DNA from: Utricularia gibba
Taxonomy: Eukaryota > Plantae > Magnoliophyta
Length of the DNA: 29,018 nt
Assembly (NCBI GenBank): GCA_002189035.1
Contig: NEEC01000155.1
Span: 1-29,018 of the forward strand
Direction of reading: 5' to 3'
Shown here piece by piece: positions 11,219 to 21,447 of this stretch. The notes under the pieces were generated by a model. The model saw only the letters and a program-made list of their open reading frames with translations, did no database searches and was not told the origin of the DNA. Positions within the stretch are counted from its first letter, which is position 1, and each line of letters starts with the position of its first letter. Both the position numbers and the translations under genes were made by a program.

Positions 11219-12638
11219 ATGGGTTGTTTCGTTTCCAAATCGCCGGTTCGCACTCCTGGTTACGAGGATCCAACTCTTCTTGCTGCTGAAACTCCCTGTA
11301 AGTTCTATAAGAAAGCTTCGATTTTCGTTGAGGAGCCGGAAGAGGCCTTGTTTCATTTGCGTGTGTGTGTGTGTGTTTGCAGTTTCGGTAACTGAAGTTG
11401 AGGCTTTGTATGAGTTGTTCAAGAGGATAAGCTGTTCCATAATCAAAGACGGCCTTATTCATAAGGTACAGATCTTCCTCTTCTATTCGCTTCATGGTGT
11501 CCAAGACTAATTTTTGTTTTCCGGACTTTAAAGTAATGGGTTGTTTGTTACTTTTCAGGAGGAGTTTCAATTTGCACTCTTTAGGAATCAGAACAAGAGA
11601 AATCTGTTTGCAGACAGAGTATGTGTTCTATTTCCTTGATCCACTGAGTCGTTGGACTAATGTTTGCTTGCAAACTCAATGATACGTTTGTCTTGCTGTA
11701 GATATTCCACTTGTTTGATGACAAGGGCAATGGGGTCATCGATTTCGGGGAATTTGTGCGGTCATTGGGCGTTTTTCACCCAAATGCATCATATGATAGC
11801 AAAGTTTTGTGTAAGAATACAAGTTCTGCAATATCAGCAATGGTTTGTGTAAATAAATGGCAAACACTTTCTTGCCTCTGACCAATTACCTGCTTCTGCA
11901 GTTGCTTATCGATTGTATGATCTGCGGCACACCGGATTCATCGAGAGAGAAGAGGTAGTATGTTCTGCACCTCCCTCCTCTGAATGGCACACGTGAATCA
12001 ACATCTGTCCGAGACAGAGGACCTCGAACAGATGTTGATTTTGCTCTTTACACTTTATTTTCCTCATATATGCTTAAAAATGTGCACATTTGCTGTTCCC
12101 GTAAAAAGGCTTTTCTTGATTCACTGTGCTGAATTCTCCATCAAAATCTCATGGCGGAAGTGCCCATTTGACAGACAATCCTTGCTGATCTTTGTTATTT
12201 ATCCCCCTTCTGCTAAGTACTTTCTTCGATCCTGCAGTTGAAGATGATGGTTCTTGCTCTCTTATATGAATCAGAGCTATCACTCTCCGAGGATCTTATA
12301 GAGTTTATTGTAGACAGGGTATGTAAAGACAAGTTCTCAAGCATGCCGGTATCCCCTTGTACCTGAATCTATTCCTTTTTCCCCCTTCGCAGACATTCTC
12401 TGAGGCAGACTCCAAAGGAGACGGGAAGATCGATTTAGAAGAGTGGAAGGCGTTCGTTTCAAAGAACCCCTCTCTCATCAAGAACATGACACTTCCATAT
12501 CTGAAGTAACCATAACTAAGCTCAAAACTCGTTCATTATGATGGGGTGACTGATCCATCTGCATCTTCTTTTCAGGGACATCACATTGGCCTTCCCAGCT
12601 TCCTTGTTGAAGGAGATGCAGAGGATGTGGACCTGTGA
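11219..12638 (+). CDS. CBL4: Calcineurin B-like Ca2+ sensor, CBL4/SOS3-like (213 aa after repairing one frameshift at 12594-12596)
   Basis: Eight exons: 11219-11297, 11383-11465, 11559-11618, 11702-11810, 11902-11954, 12238-12318, 12393-12505, 12576-12638; all GT-AG with consistent phases. N-terminus MGCFVSK (myristoylation/S-acylation motif), [27 protein letters not shown]-hands [39 protein letters not shown], and [15 protein letters not shown](PSF). Missed by the ORF track because the exons are short. Confidence 0.95.
11361..11376. repeat. (GT)8 microsatellite at the 3' end of CBL intron 1
   Basis: Directly visible, just before the TTTGCAG acceptor. Confidence 0.9.
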
Positions 12639-13119
12639 ATGCTATACCGGGGCTCGTCGGTTTCGCTTCCCCTGGTTCCTCCTACATGGAACGTCTCTTG
12701 GGAACAAGGAGACGAGAATGGCAGCCAGTCCAAGCCATCACCGACAGCCCATTCGATTCCATCACAAACCGGAGGCCTTGATGAGCATCAGCCAGCCTAT
12801 GTCCATTACCCATCGTGTCACCTTCTGTTTTTGTAGATTCTGTGTTACAGCAGCTGCGCTCTGCCTGTAACACTAAATAAGAAAAATGTCTGTAGATCTT
12901 GATGTGAGATCTGGGCTATGCAGTGTACGGGCTGCACCACATAGCTTGTTTTTCGACTCTGGATCAGAGTAAACGAAGCCCAGTTTTCTGCTCTGGGTGA
13001 GAGTGAAAATGATCAGAAACTGAACCTGTAGATATATTAACTTCTTTACATGATAAGGAGATGAAAGGAATTCACGCATTGATCCACTTCGTATTCGAAT
13101 TAACTGAATTCGAATGCGT

Positions 13120-15131
13120 CTACGTGGACAGGCCGGCCAAATAGGAGACTCCCGTGGACGGCAGCCACGACGCCCCATAAATGAACTGCGCCACCGTGAA
13201 CTGGCTCGCCTCCACCGACGAATTGATGGCATGGTAGCCCTTCCAGTTGACCCGCTGGGACCCGGGGCCGGCAGCACCCGGCCCGTAATTCATATACTCG
13301 CCGTAGTACAGCGTGTCCAGTGCGAAGGTGGAGTTCCACTCGAGCCACCCCGCGGGTGCACGTGATCTCCGATGTACGACAGCATGTACACCGTCCGCGA
13401 GTAGAGCTTCCAGGGGCGGCCGAGGTACGTCGGGTAGGCCGACTTGGCGGCGTCCAGGTCGGGTTGCGCCACGACCCGGCAAGCGTGGATCGAGATGCCC
13501 GTGTTCTGGTTCGGGTCCTTCCGGTTCTGTGCGGTCAACGTGTTCTTCTGCCCCGGGAGCGGCTTCCGGGCGACAATGGTGCAGTTCTGGAAGACCACGG
13601 CGGCGTTGCCGAAGATGAAATCGACGGTGCCGTAGATGTCGCAGCCGCGGTAGAACTGGCGCTGCGAGTGGGCGTAGAGCGTGTCTTGATATCCGATGAT
13701 GTTGCAACGGTAGACCACCGCGTGGTCGGCGCTGATGCGAAGCGCCACCGCTTGGTGCCGCCCGGACCCGCCCAATTCTCGAAGGTCAAATCACGAGCCA
13801 CGAACCCATTCCCCGATGCGGCTACAGTACACAGAAAATGAATGATTCTTAGGCAGCAGACAGACACGGACATGGCCTACCAGAACATGGATCATTTTCC
13901 CTAATCACACGACGGCGCCAACCGTCACCTTAATTCCCTTGTCCAAAAACCCTAAATTATGAGGCGCCTGATCACCCTTCTAAAAAATACTACTTTTTAA
14001 CCCAGAAATATATAGAAAAATGATGAAATCAAAATATACTACAAAATTACCGAAAGTGGCGGTACGGAAGGTGGTGACGTTATCCATGACGCTTTTACCG
14101 CCTGAGATGAAGGTCTTAGTCTTCCCGTCTCCGATCATCATGATGTTGGTTTTGGACCTGGAGATCTTCAACAAGTCCTCTTCGTACCTGCGGGGGCAGT
14201 CACCGATTCTTGATTTAAAAACAAAAACAAAAAAAAGGAGGTAATGACAGAGGTGAAAAAAGTGAAGAAACTTACTTGCCAGCCTTGATGTAGATGATGA
14301 ATCGGCGGGTACTATTGGAAGGGGCCAGCTTGATGGCCTCGGTGATGGTCTTGCACGTGGCGTTGCCGTCTGGGGAAACGACGACGTCTGGCTTGATGCC
14401 CGCGGCTGGGGTGTCTAGCAGGAGCCTGTCCCTGCGGGAGAGCCAATGGGGGTAGGAGGAGGGATCGCGGCCGTCGGCGAGAGTGAGGAGGCGTCGGCGG
14501 CGGCGGTTCTCTATGGGGATCCCGGAGAAGTAGGCCTCGCTGCTGCGGCCGGTGGCCGTGGCGGTGTAGATGGCGAGGCAGTTGCTCACCAGCTCCGAGA
14601 GGTCCTTGAGACGGAGGTACATTTGGCTCTTGACTTGGCCTCTCAAATCCGCGAATCCGTCGGTGCAAGTATCGTGGTTCGTCATCGCCGCGCTGAGCCA
14701 CGTCAGCACATCGGAGGAACCCTTTCCGCCGCCGCGACTGATGACGGAGAGAGATCGCGAGAGTAGTTCCACGGAGTGGTCGAGGAGCTCAAGGCAGTCC
14801 TCGTAGGCAGCCCTGACCTTCTCATCCATCTCAAAGTCGTTGCTAATATCAGAAGCCGCGTACAGCGCCTGCCCAAATCTCTGAAGCGTGAAGTTCACGG
14901 ACATGTGTACCGGATCCCCGCCGGGGACAGCCGCGGCCGACTCCGAGAGCGATTCAAGACACAGTTCCGGGAAACGAGTACGGCCACAAACCGCCTGACT
15001 CCCCTCAAGAACCCGTCCGCCACCGCAGCCGTCGGGGACAGCGCCATTACCACCGCTATCACAATCACCATACGCAGGAGCCTACCGACACTCGACCTGC
15101 CATGGCCGGTGAACCGCCGCCCGTACCTCAT
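13120..15131 (-). CDS. PME: Pectin methylesterase with N-terminal TM segment and PMEI pro-domain (PME34/PME61-like, ~565 aa after repairing three frameshifts)
   Basis: Exons 15131-14276, 14187-14051, 13821-13120 (alternative in-frame ATG at 15149). TM LLRMVIVIAVVMA; PMEI domain CGRTRFPELC..AYEDCLELLD..TWLSAAMTNHDTC; RRLL processing motif; catalytic motifs HQAVALR, GYQDTLY, GTVDFIFGNA, YLGRPWK, GWLEW, YYGEY. Frameshifts at ~15042, ~13761-13763 and 13348-13351. Confidence 0.95.
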
Positions 15132-16378
15132 GGAACCCCAGCCGCTCATATGTAGGTCACGACACAGCTGAGGAGTCTGAATTTTCCCTGGCTCCGGCTC
15201 GGGAGGAGACCTGTGAATCATCTCATGGCCATGGGATGGGACGCATTTATACCACCATCCTGTAAATATCTACTAACACCAAAGATATTCCTGGTAAGAA
15301 TCACCTTGTGGTCGAGTTTTTTTTTTTTCTTTTTCAGTTTTAAAGCATGTGATTCTTTTAGAAAGAAAAATCTATTTGCGCAAATATTTTTTTTAAAAAA
15401 GGAGCAATTTTGATACTTTTTTTATTGGATGATTATCCATTTGTCTCTATTTCACTATCCAACAAGTGTATTATTTTTAAATTTTCTTTCCTAATGTGTA
15501 TCTTTATAGAAAAATGCTACATTATCTTTCGTTGATAGATTAGAAGTCTAAAATTCGGACTAATCCATTCGATTCGTCGATTAATCGATTCAAGTACATC
15601 AATCAATGATATATTTGGAAGAGTAGTTATCTCCAATTTCCCTAACATCCACTAAATCAACAAAAATTAATATTTTTTTTACCCATGTGTGAAAAAGATG
15701 AGCAATTTTCTAAATTATGATCTTATTATTTTAGTGAGGGGGATGTGATGTGGTATGCACATACATGTGATGATGGCATGGCAATTTGTTGTTGTACCAA
15801 CCACTTAAATTCATGTCCAACCACTCCCCATTGCTACATTATTCATTTCAGTTATAAAATAGAAATAACACAAATCTTTAGAATGGGGTGGTAAATTGTT
15901 TGGGAATTTACTTATAAGATAAAACATAATTGAAAATTTTAAATTTGAAATGCGTTTGGTAGATGGATTTAACATAAACCCATATTTTTTTAATTTGTTT
16001 TCAATAAATATATGTGTAAAATATAAATTTATCCAAATCATATTTTAAATTAAATGAATAGTTTTGTGGGATCAAGAATTAAGTTGAGAGAATTTAAAAA
16101 TGGTTGAATAATAATAGAGAAGTTGGGATTTAAGACACACGCGACACACCACGCAGTTGGTAGCCAACAATCATTCATCCACGGACACGTCATCTTTCAA
16201 GATCAGCAACAAAAAATAGAAAAGAAAATATAATTAATTACGTGTTAATATTCATGTAACAAAACATGAGCACCACGAAAATAATTTATTATTTTATATG
16301 ATAAATTCCAGCACCGATATTTGGTCAAATCTTACAACTCATGGTTGTACGAACGAACGCCACACCCATCATGTGTGT

Positions 16379-16387
16379 GCCACGTGG
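16379..16387. promoter_or_regulatory. G-box (GCCACGTGG) ~1.25 kb upstream of the PME
   Basis: CACGTG at 16381-16386 in an extended palindromic context. Motif match only. Confidence 0.3.
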
Positions 16388-17579
16388 AATGTGTCTCACA
16401 CCACAGAAATGAAAAGGAGGTGTTTGTTTGAAACCAAAAAATAAAAACATAAATCAATATCGCCGCGACCACGAGGGTAAATGTGCGGAATATGATTTAA
16501 ATTACGTTTTTCGTGACTAATTATATCATTTAGGTAAAAGCAGAGATATTATCGGAAAAAATTTACTATTAATAGTTTAATAAGAAATTAATTGAATATA
16601 TTGAGCTGATAAAACTATTTAAAAATATATATAAAAATTTCATCGTAATTTAATTAAACAGTAAATGGATCAAATGGTGGTTACAACTATTAGTGCAAAA
16701 TCGATATAATACTAAGTTGAATCATATAATTCAAACCCAAATCCGATTCGAATAACGAAGGATGTAATCCATATGCGATGCAATTTATTTTCTTGTTACA
16801 TAATATGATTTGGTGGGTTGGTTATGTCGGAGCATATGCTTGATTAGGTGAAGAGTGATTCCCGTTTATGAGAAATAAAGCATCAGAAATGGAGGGGAGC
16901 GAGGCATGGGGGCGACAGGAGAAGTGTCAAGTGTTTTTCTCCCTGTCTAAAAGGGAATCCAAATCGAACTGCCATCGGGCGGCTGAGAAATCAAGTAATG
17001 TACCATACTTACTCTTTCGTATGGAAATGACATTAAACGTAAAATCGTAAGAATTTAGATTGATTCTAAAATTATTGATCGTGAAGCTCTAGAAAAAAAG
17101 CTATTTAGATGATCATTTCACCTTGATAATGATATCAAATACAATACGTTCGTTCTTCTTTTATTATGTTATTGCTTTAGTTTGAATGCAACTTATTGAA
17201 ACTCAGTATTTGATAAGTGAGTGAATACATTGAAATATATAAAACACATTAGATCATATTTGAAAAGATAAAGTTTAATTGGTTATTATTAATGTACAAT
17301 ATTTTGTATTTATTATTTCAATTTTTAGATATGGTATTATTTGATGATCAAATATTAATTACTTGTCTCTTCTTTGTGTCCAGTCTTATCTTTTGGGGTA
17401 GGTAGTTGCAATATTTTAGATTTTGGATGGGTGAAAATTATTTGGTGGGAGGGAGGGACAGTGTCAATGTCATCTGTTTGAAATTTAAAACACAAAAACG
17501 GAATCGTTTGGACATTTGCTCGTGGACACAAATGTTTATCAAAAGATTCATTTCCGAATGGGGCGGGGTAAAGCGAGTG

Positions 17580-18470
17580 ATGCATCAGCTTGGGCAACTA
17601 ACCATGTGCTCGCTCCATGATGCTGCTGCTGCTGATATGGGGATTAGGCACCTGACTTTAAACTGCTCGCATCATTCGCCTCCATCTCTGGATATCTTCT
17701 ATGTATCCCATGGCGACGGCGCGGGCATCGGATTCAGAGCACGCCGTCGCCACCGTCGCCTCTGATTCCTTGTGCAATCAAATCAATACTGATGGTTGCT
17801 GTGTTTCTTAACTAGACATCGGGCGGATGGGTCGCCCAGATCGACTGTGGAACGAATGTGGGCTGATTTTATCAGGCAGCATGTTGAAATAATGGACTTT
17901 TGGTTATGGAGATGAGAAAAACACCGAGTATCCCTCTCTTGAAATGATGACCATTCTGATGATGCCATCTTGTGAACACTCAATACCACAACTCCATGTC
18001 TGGATTTGACAGGATAGGACTTGATATTGGGGGCTATTCGGCTGAACATGTTCCAGTGATGGAGGAAGATATGAAGACAGATAGCAACTCCACCCTGAAT
18101 CGTCTTTTAAAGGAGAAATTTTTGTCGGTTTCATTATGCAATAATAAGGAATCTGGTGGTTCCGAATGTCCGTAGTGTGACATTCTGTGCAAGAATTGGG
18201 CACTGGGTTTTACGTGAAATCAAGGCCCGCCGGAGAAGACGACCTGGCGGCAACGCAGTAAACCGTGAAGCCGTTATAACAAGTGAAAGGGAGAGAAAGT
18301 GGATTTGGGAGTGGATCATTGGCCTTCAAGGTGACCCCGGAACTCGTTTCTCGGTGAAAAAGACAACTGCTTCATCGAAGACAGTACGACCATCCCCGAG
18401 TGGTCTTCCATCACATTTAACACTGAGCGAGTTCTCAATAAATTCTGGGTAGGAGAAGCATATTGAATAG
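17580..18470 (+). pseudogene. Possible decayed gene fragment of unknown family
   Basis: Balanced-GC island within AT-rich DNA, with broken reading frames that look protein-like (e.g. STVERMWADFIRQHVEIMDFWLW; KDNCFIEDSTTIPEWSSITFNTERVLNKFWVGEAY*). No family recognised with confidence; strand is uncertain. Confidence 0.25.
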
Positions 18471-18660
18471 GGAAAGCCAGTCGATCACTTTAGTATGCAC
18501 ATCTAAAATCAATTTTAGAGAAGCAATTTCGAAAAATTATCATGCACAAATCAGGGATGAAACCACCAATCACAGTTTTCTAGTTCACATCATTGAAGAC
18601 ATTACTACAAATAAACCATATTGGCACTGGTGCAACTTGTTGTTAGGTGAAAGGGGCGCC

Positions 18661-18667
18661 TATATAA
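18661..18667 (+). promoter_or_regulatory. TATA box of WSD copy 1
   Basis: TATATAA 55 nt upstream of the ATG at 18716. Confidence 0.55.
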
Positions 18668-18715
18668 CGGTATCAGGCGGTGGCGGGCTGACCAACTCCG
18701 GTGCATAGACTGAGA

Positions 18716-20852
18716 ATGGCCGACGGGAATGAGGAAGTGCAGAATGCAAGCCCCTTTTCACGGCTGATGCATACACCCAATTTCAATCTCTGCATCATCG
18801 TCGTTATGGGTTTCAGCACTCCACTCGACGTCGCGTTTGTCAAGCATGTCGCCGCCCAAACCTTGCTTAAGCACCCTCGCTTCTCAAGCATCCTTGTGAG
18901 TATGTATATTGCTGCAATTCTGAATTGAGTTCAAGTTCTAGACCTAACCTCGACGAGCATGGTGGCGTTCTGCGCCTGGTGGGGTTAGGTTTTGGAGGAT
19001 GAGATGCGGTTCAAAATGTCGTGGAAGCCGACTAAACCCAACATCGAGGAGCATGTCTTGGTGCCGGATTTGGATTTGGAGGCGGAGGCCGATCGAGGGG
19101 ATGGGTTCGTGGCGGGGTTCATATCGAGCATCGGGCATATCCCGATGGATCACTCCAAGCCCTTATGGGAACTCCACATTCTGAACGTGAAAACCAGCAA
19201 CTCTACCGCCACCGCCGTGTTCAAGATCCACCACTCTGTCGGCGACGGCGTATCCCTCATGTCGATTCTCTTAGCGTGTGGCAGGAAACTCTCCGACCCC
19301 GAAGCTCTGCCGGTTCTCCCCACGACAGTTCAACGGCGAAGCAAGAAGAGTAACCGTGACAAGGGAATATGTTCATTTATGATCACCATCATTTGGAGAA
19401 TGCTTTCGATCGCGTACTATACGATAAGGGACACAGTAGAGTTCGTGGCTACACTTGTATTTTTAAAAGACTCCGCCACTCCGATCAACGCCTCGTCGGC
19501 GAGGATGCGGCAGCTAAACTCCCGAGGACGTACGTCCACCGTATCCTCGATTTCGACGACGTTAAGCTGATTAAGAATGCCCTGAAAGCGGTACTTTCTT
19601 CTACTCCTCCGCTCAAAATACTGAAACTGATCTCGAACCCACTCTTTCTTGATGTTTTCAGACAGTTAACGACGTGTTCCTCGGAATCACTCAGGCGGCC
19701 CTCGCCAGTTATCTCCAGAGAAGAACATGTGGTGACGTGGCTTCTTCTTCCTCTTCTACTAAAACCAGGGCGTTCACTAATCACCTTTTTCACATGCATT
19801 TATTTAATGGGCTATTTTTATAATAAAAATGATTATATTTTTAGAAATTTTAATAGTATAATTAAGTATGAAATTTGATTTCTGTTTTTGTTTTAGAGCA
19901 AGAAGAAAATGGACATCTTATTGTGCTTATTACCTGTATTGTTTCTTGTAGCACCCGAGACAGTGGGGACGAAAGAAGAAAATGGTGCAAATGTGAAGCA
20001 GAAGAGGAAGCATCATCCCCTCAGAGAGCTTCGCATACGGGCTCTTGCGCCGTTCAATCTCCGGCCATCCCCTACGGTTGAAGTAGAAACCGCCGACGAG
20101 TCCGTACCATCTCAGACGATTCTTTTCATTCGACATTGTGTTTCTGGTTGTGGGCAGGATACGTACGAGGTGATACGCAAGGAGAAAAAGATGGCCGACG
20201 TGAAGATGTGGGGAAACATAGTGAGCTTCGTCATACTTCCAATGAAGCTGTGCACCAGAGAAGACCCCCTGTCGTACATACGTGATGCGCAGGCTGTGAT
20301 GAACAGGAAGAAGCTCTCCTTCCAAACTCACGTCCAGTACTACTTCATGAAGCTCGTCATCTACCTGTTTGGAGTGAACGTGAGTGTCCATCTGCTTTCT
20401 GTCGATAATCTGCTACAACACTGTTTCATGGTACTACGCTGTGCTTTCAGGCTGGAGCTCTTTTACTGAACATGTTTGTATCAAACATTACCTTTGGGAT
20501 TTCGAGCGTGATCGGGCCGATGCATGAGATCAGTTTCTTGGGACATCCTCTCACCTACCTCGCACCGACGGTCACCGGAATCCCACTGGTGAGTACCTCC
20601 TCCTCCATAATAATGGCAGTTACCAGTTCCATGCACATGTCTCTGTTTTCTTATTGTTGCTTTCAGCCACTGGTGATCCACTTCCAAAGCTACGCGAAGA
20701 AGCTGATAGTGTTCCTGGCGATTGATGAGGCGGTGATACCTGACCCTCATCAGCTCTGCGAGGATTTTCAGAACTCCCTTCGAATTATAAAGGAGGCCGT
20801 CGTGAAGAGCATGAGCGGCGGCGACGGGGTGAGCAAACCAGATGGGAGTTGA
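18716..20852 (+). CDS. WSD: Wax ester synthase/diacylglycerol acyltransferase (WSD1-like), copy 1 (~509 aa after repairing one frameshift at 19491-19492)
   Basis: Seven exons: 18716-18895, 18989-19590, 19662-19731, 19952-20082, 20158-20379, 20451-20588, 20667-20852; GT-AG. Motifs SPFSRLMH, KHPRFSS, MDHSKPLWELHILN, catalytic HHSVGDG (HHxxxDG), DDVKLIKNA, TVNDV, WGN, DPLSYI, LVIHFQSY, PDPHQLCEDF. Confidence 0.94.
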
Positions 20853-21375
20853 TGATATAAAGGTCACCAGTTGCAGTAGTTGTGTGCATAGTTCCCCTGT
20901 TCTTTCCTTTTTCGTCCATCTGTAATGTGAACCTCCACCGCATGCTCCAGTTTTCTGGCACTCTCCGGTAGGCACGTGCTCTTGATCTGTAACTCTGTAG
21001 ACGCCAAATGGCTACCTACCGTCATGTCCACAGCATTCAATTCCAAATCGAAACTCCATCGTCTTCTCCTACAAAGCATGCGGCATCATTAATGGCAGTC
21101 ACAAGGAGGAGGAGGAGACTAATCCAGGCCTGTTATTTTCCATCCATTTGGCTGCTTCTCCAATCCCAATTCATTCACGTTTTTCTTTCCTTTTTGTATC
21201 CATAAGAATCATTATCTTAACCTTCCTTTTTAAAAGACTGAGGTGGTGCATGTAGCATGGAGAAGATGGTGATGGATAATGAAAGCCCATAACTTCACTT
21301 TTCCGATCAGACTGTACTTCTGGGTTTGAAAGTTTCTGCAAGTCCACCAACCAACCACATAACCACTGGTCGCCT

Positions 21376-21402
21376 CTTCTTCTTCTTCTTCTGCTGCTGC
21401 TG
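21376..21402 (+). repeat. (CTT)5(CTG)4 compound microsatellite in the probable 5' UTR of WSD copy 2
   Basis: Directly visible, ~45 nt upstream of the ATG at 21448. Confidence 0.85.
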
Positions 21403-21447
21403 CTCCTGCTGTTGCTTATATGCATATCAGACTCAAAGGCAGATAAG

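Noticed and set aside
13100-13873. Many long overlapping ORFs on both strands over PME exon 3
   Set aside because: These are shadow frames caused by very high GC3 content. The minus-strand ones are pieces of the frameshifted PME.
14312-15171. Arg/Pro-rich alternative-frame ORFs over PME exon 1
   Set aside because: Composition is typical of off-frame reading of GC-rich coding DNA.
15577-15588. 12-bp palindrome TCGATTAATCGA
   Set aside because: Isolated short palindrome with no supporting context.
17783-18049. Minus-strand ORF with TIR-like fragments (SRHGVVVLS..ASSEW; FQERDTRCFSHL)
   Set aside because: The two motifs are in the wrong order for a TIR domain and the conserved WCLDEL is absent; likely chance.
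20451-20475. Apparent frameshift in WSD copy 1 exon 6
   Set aside because: Recounting CTTTTA shows GCT GGA GCT CTT TTA CTG AAC ATG is in frame.
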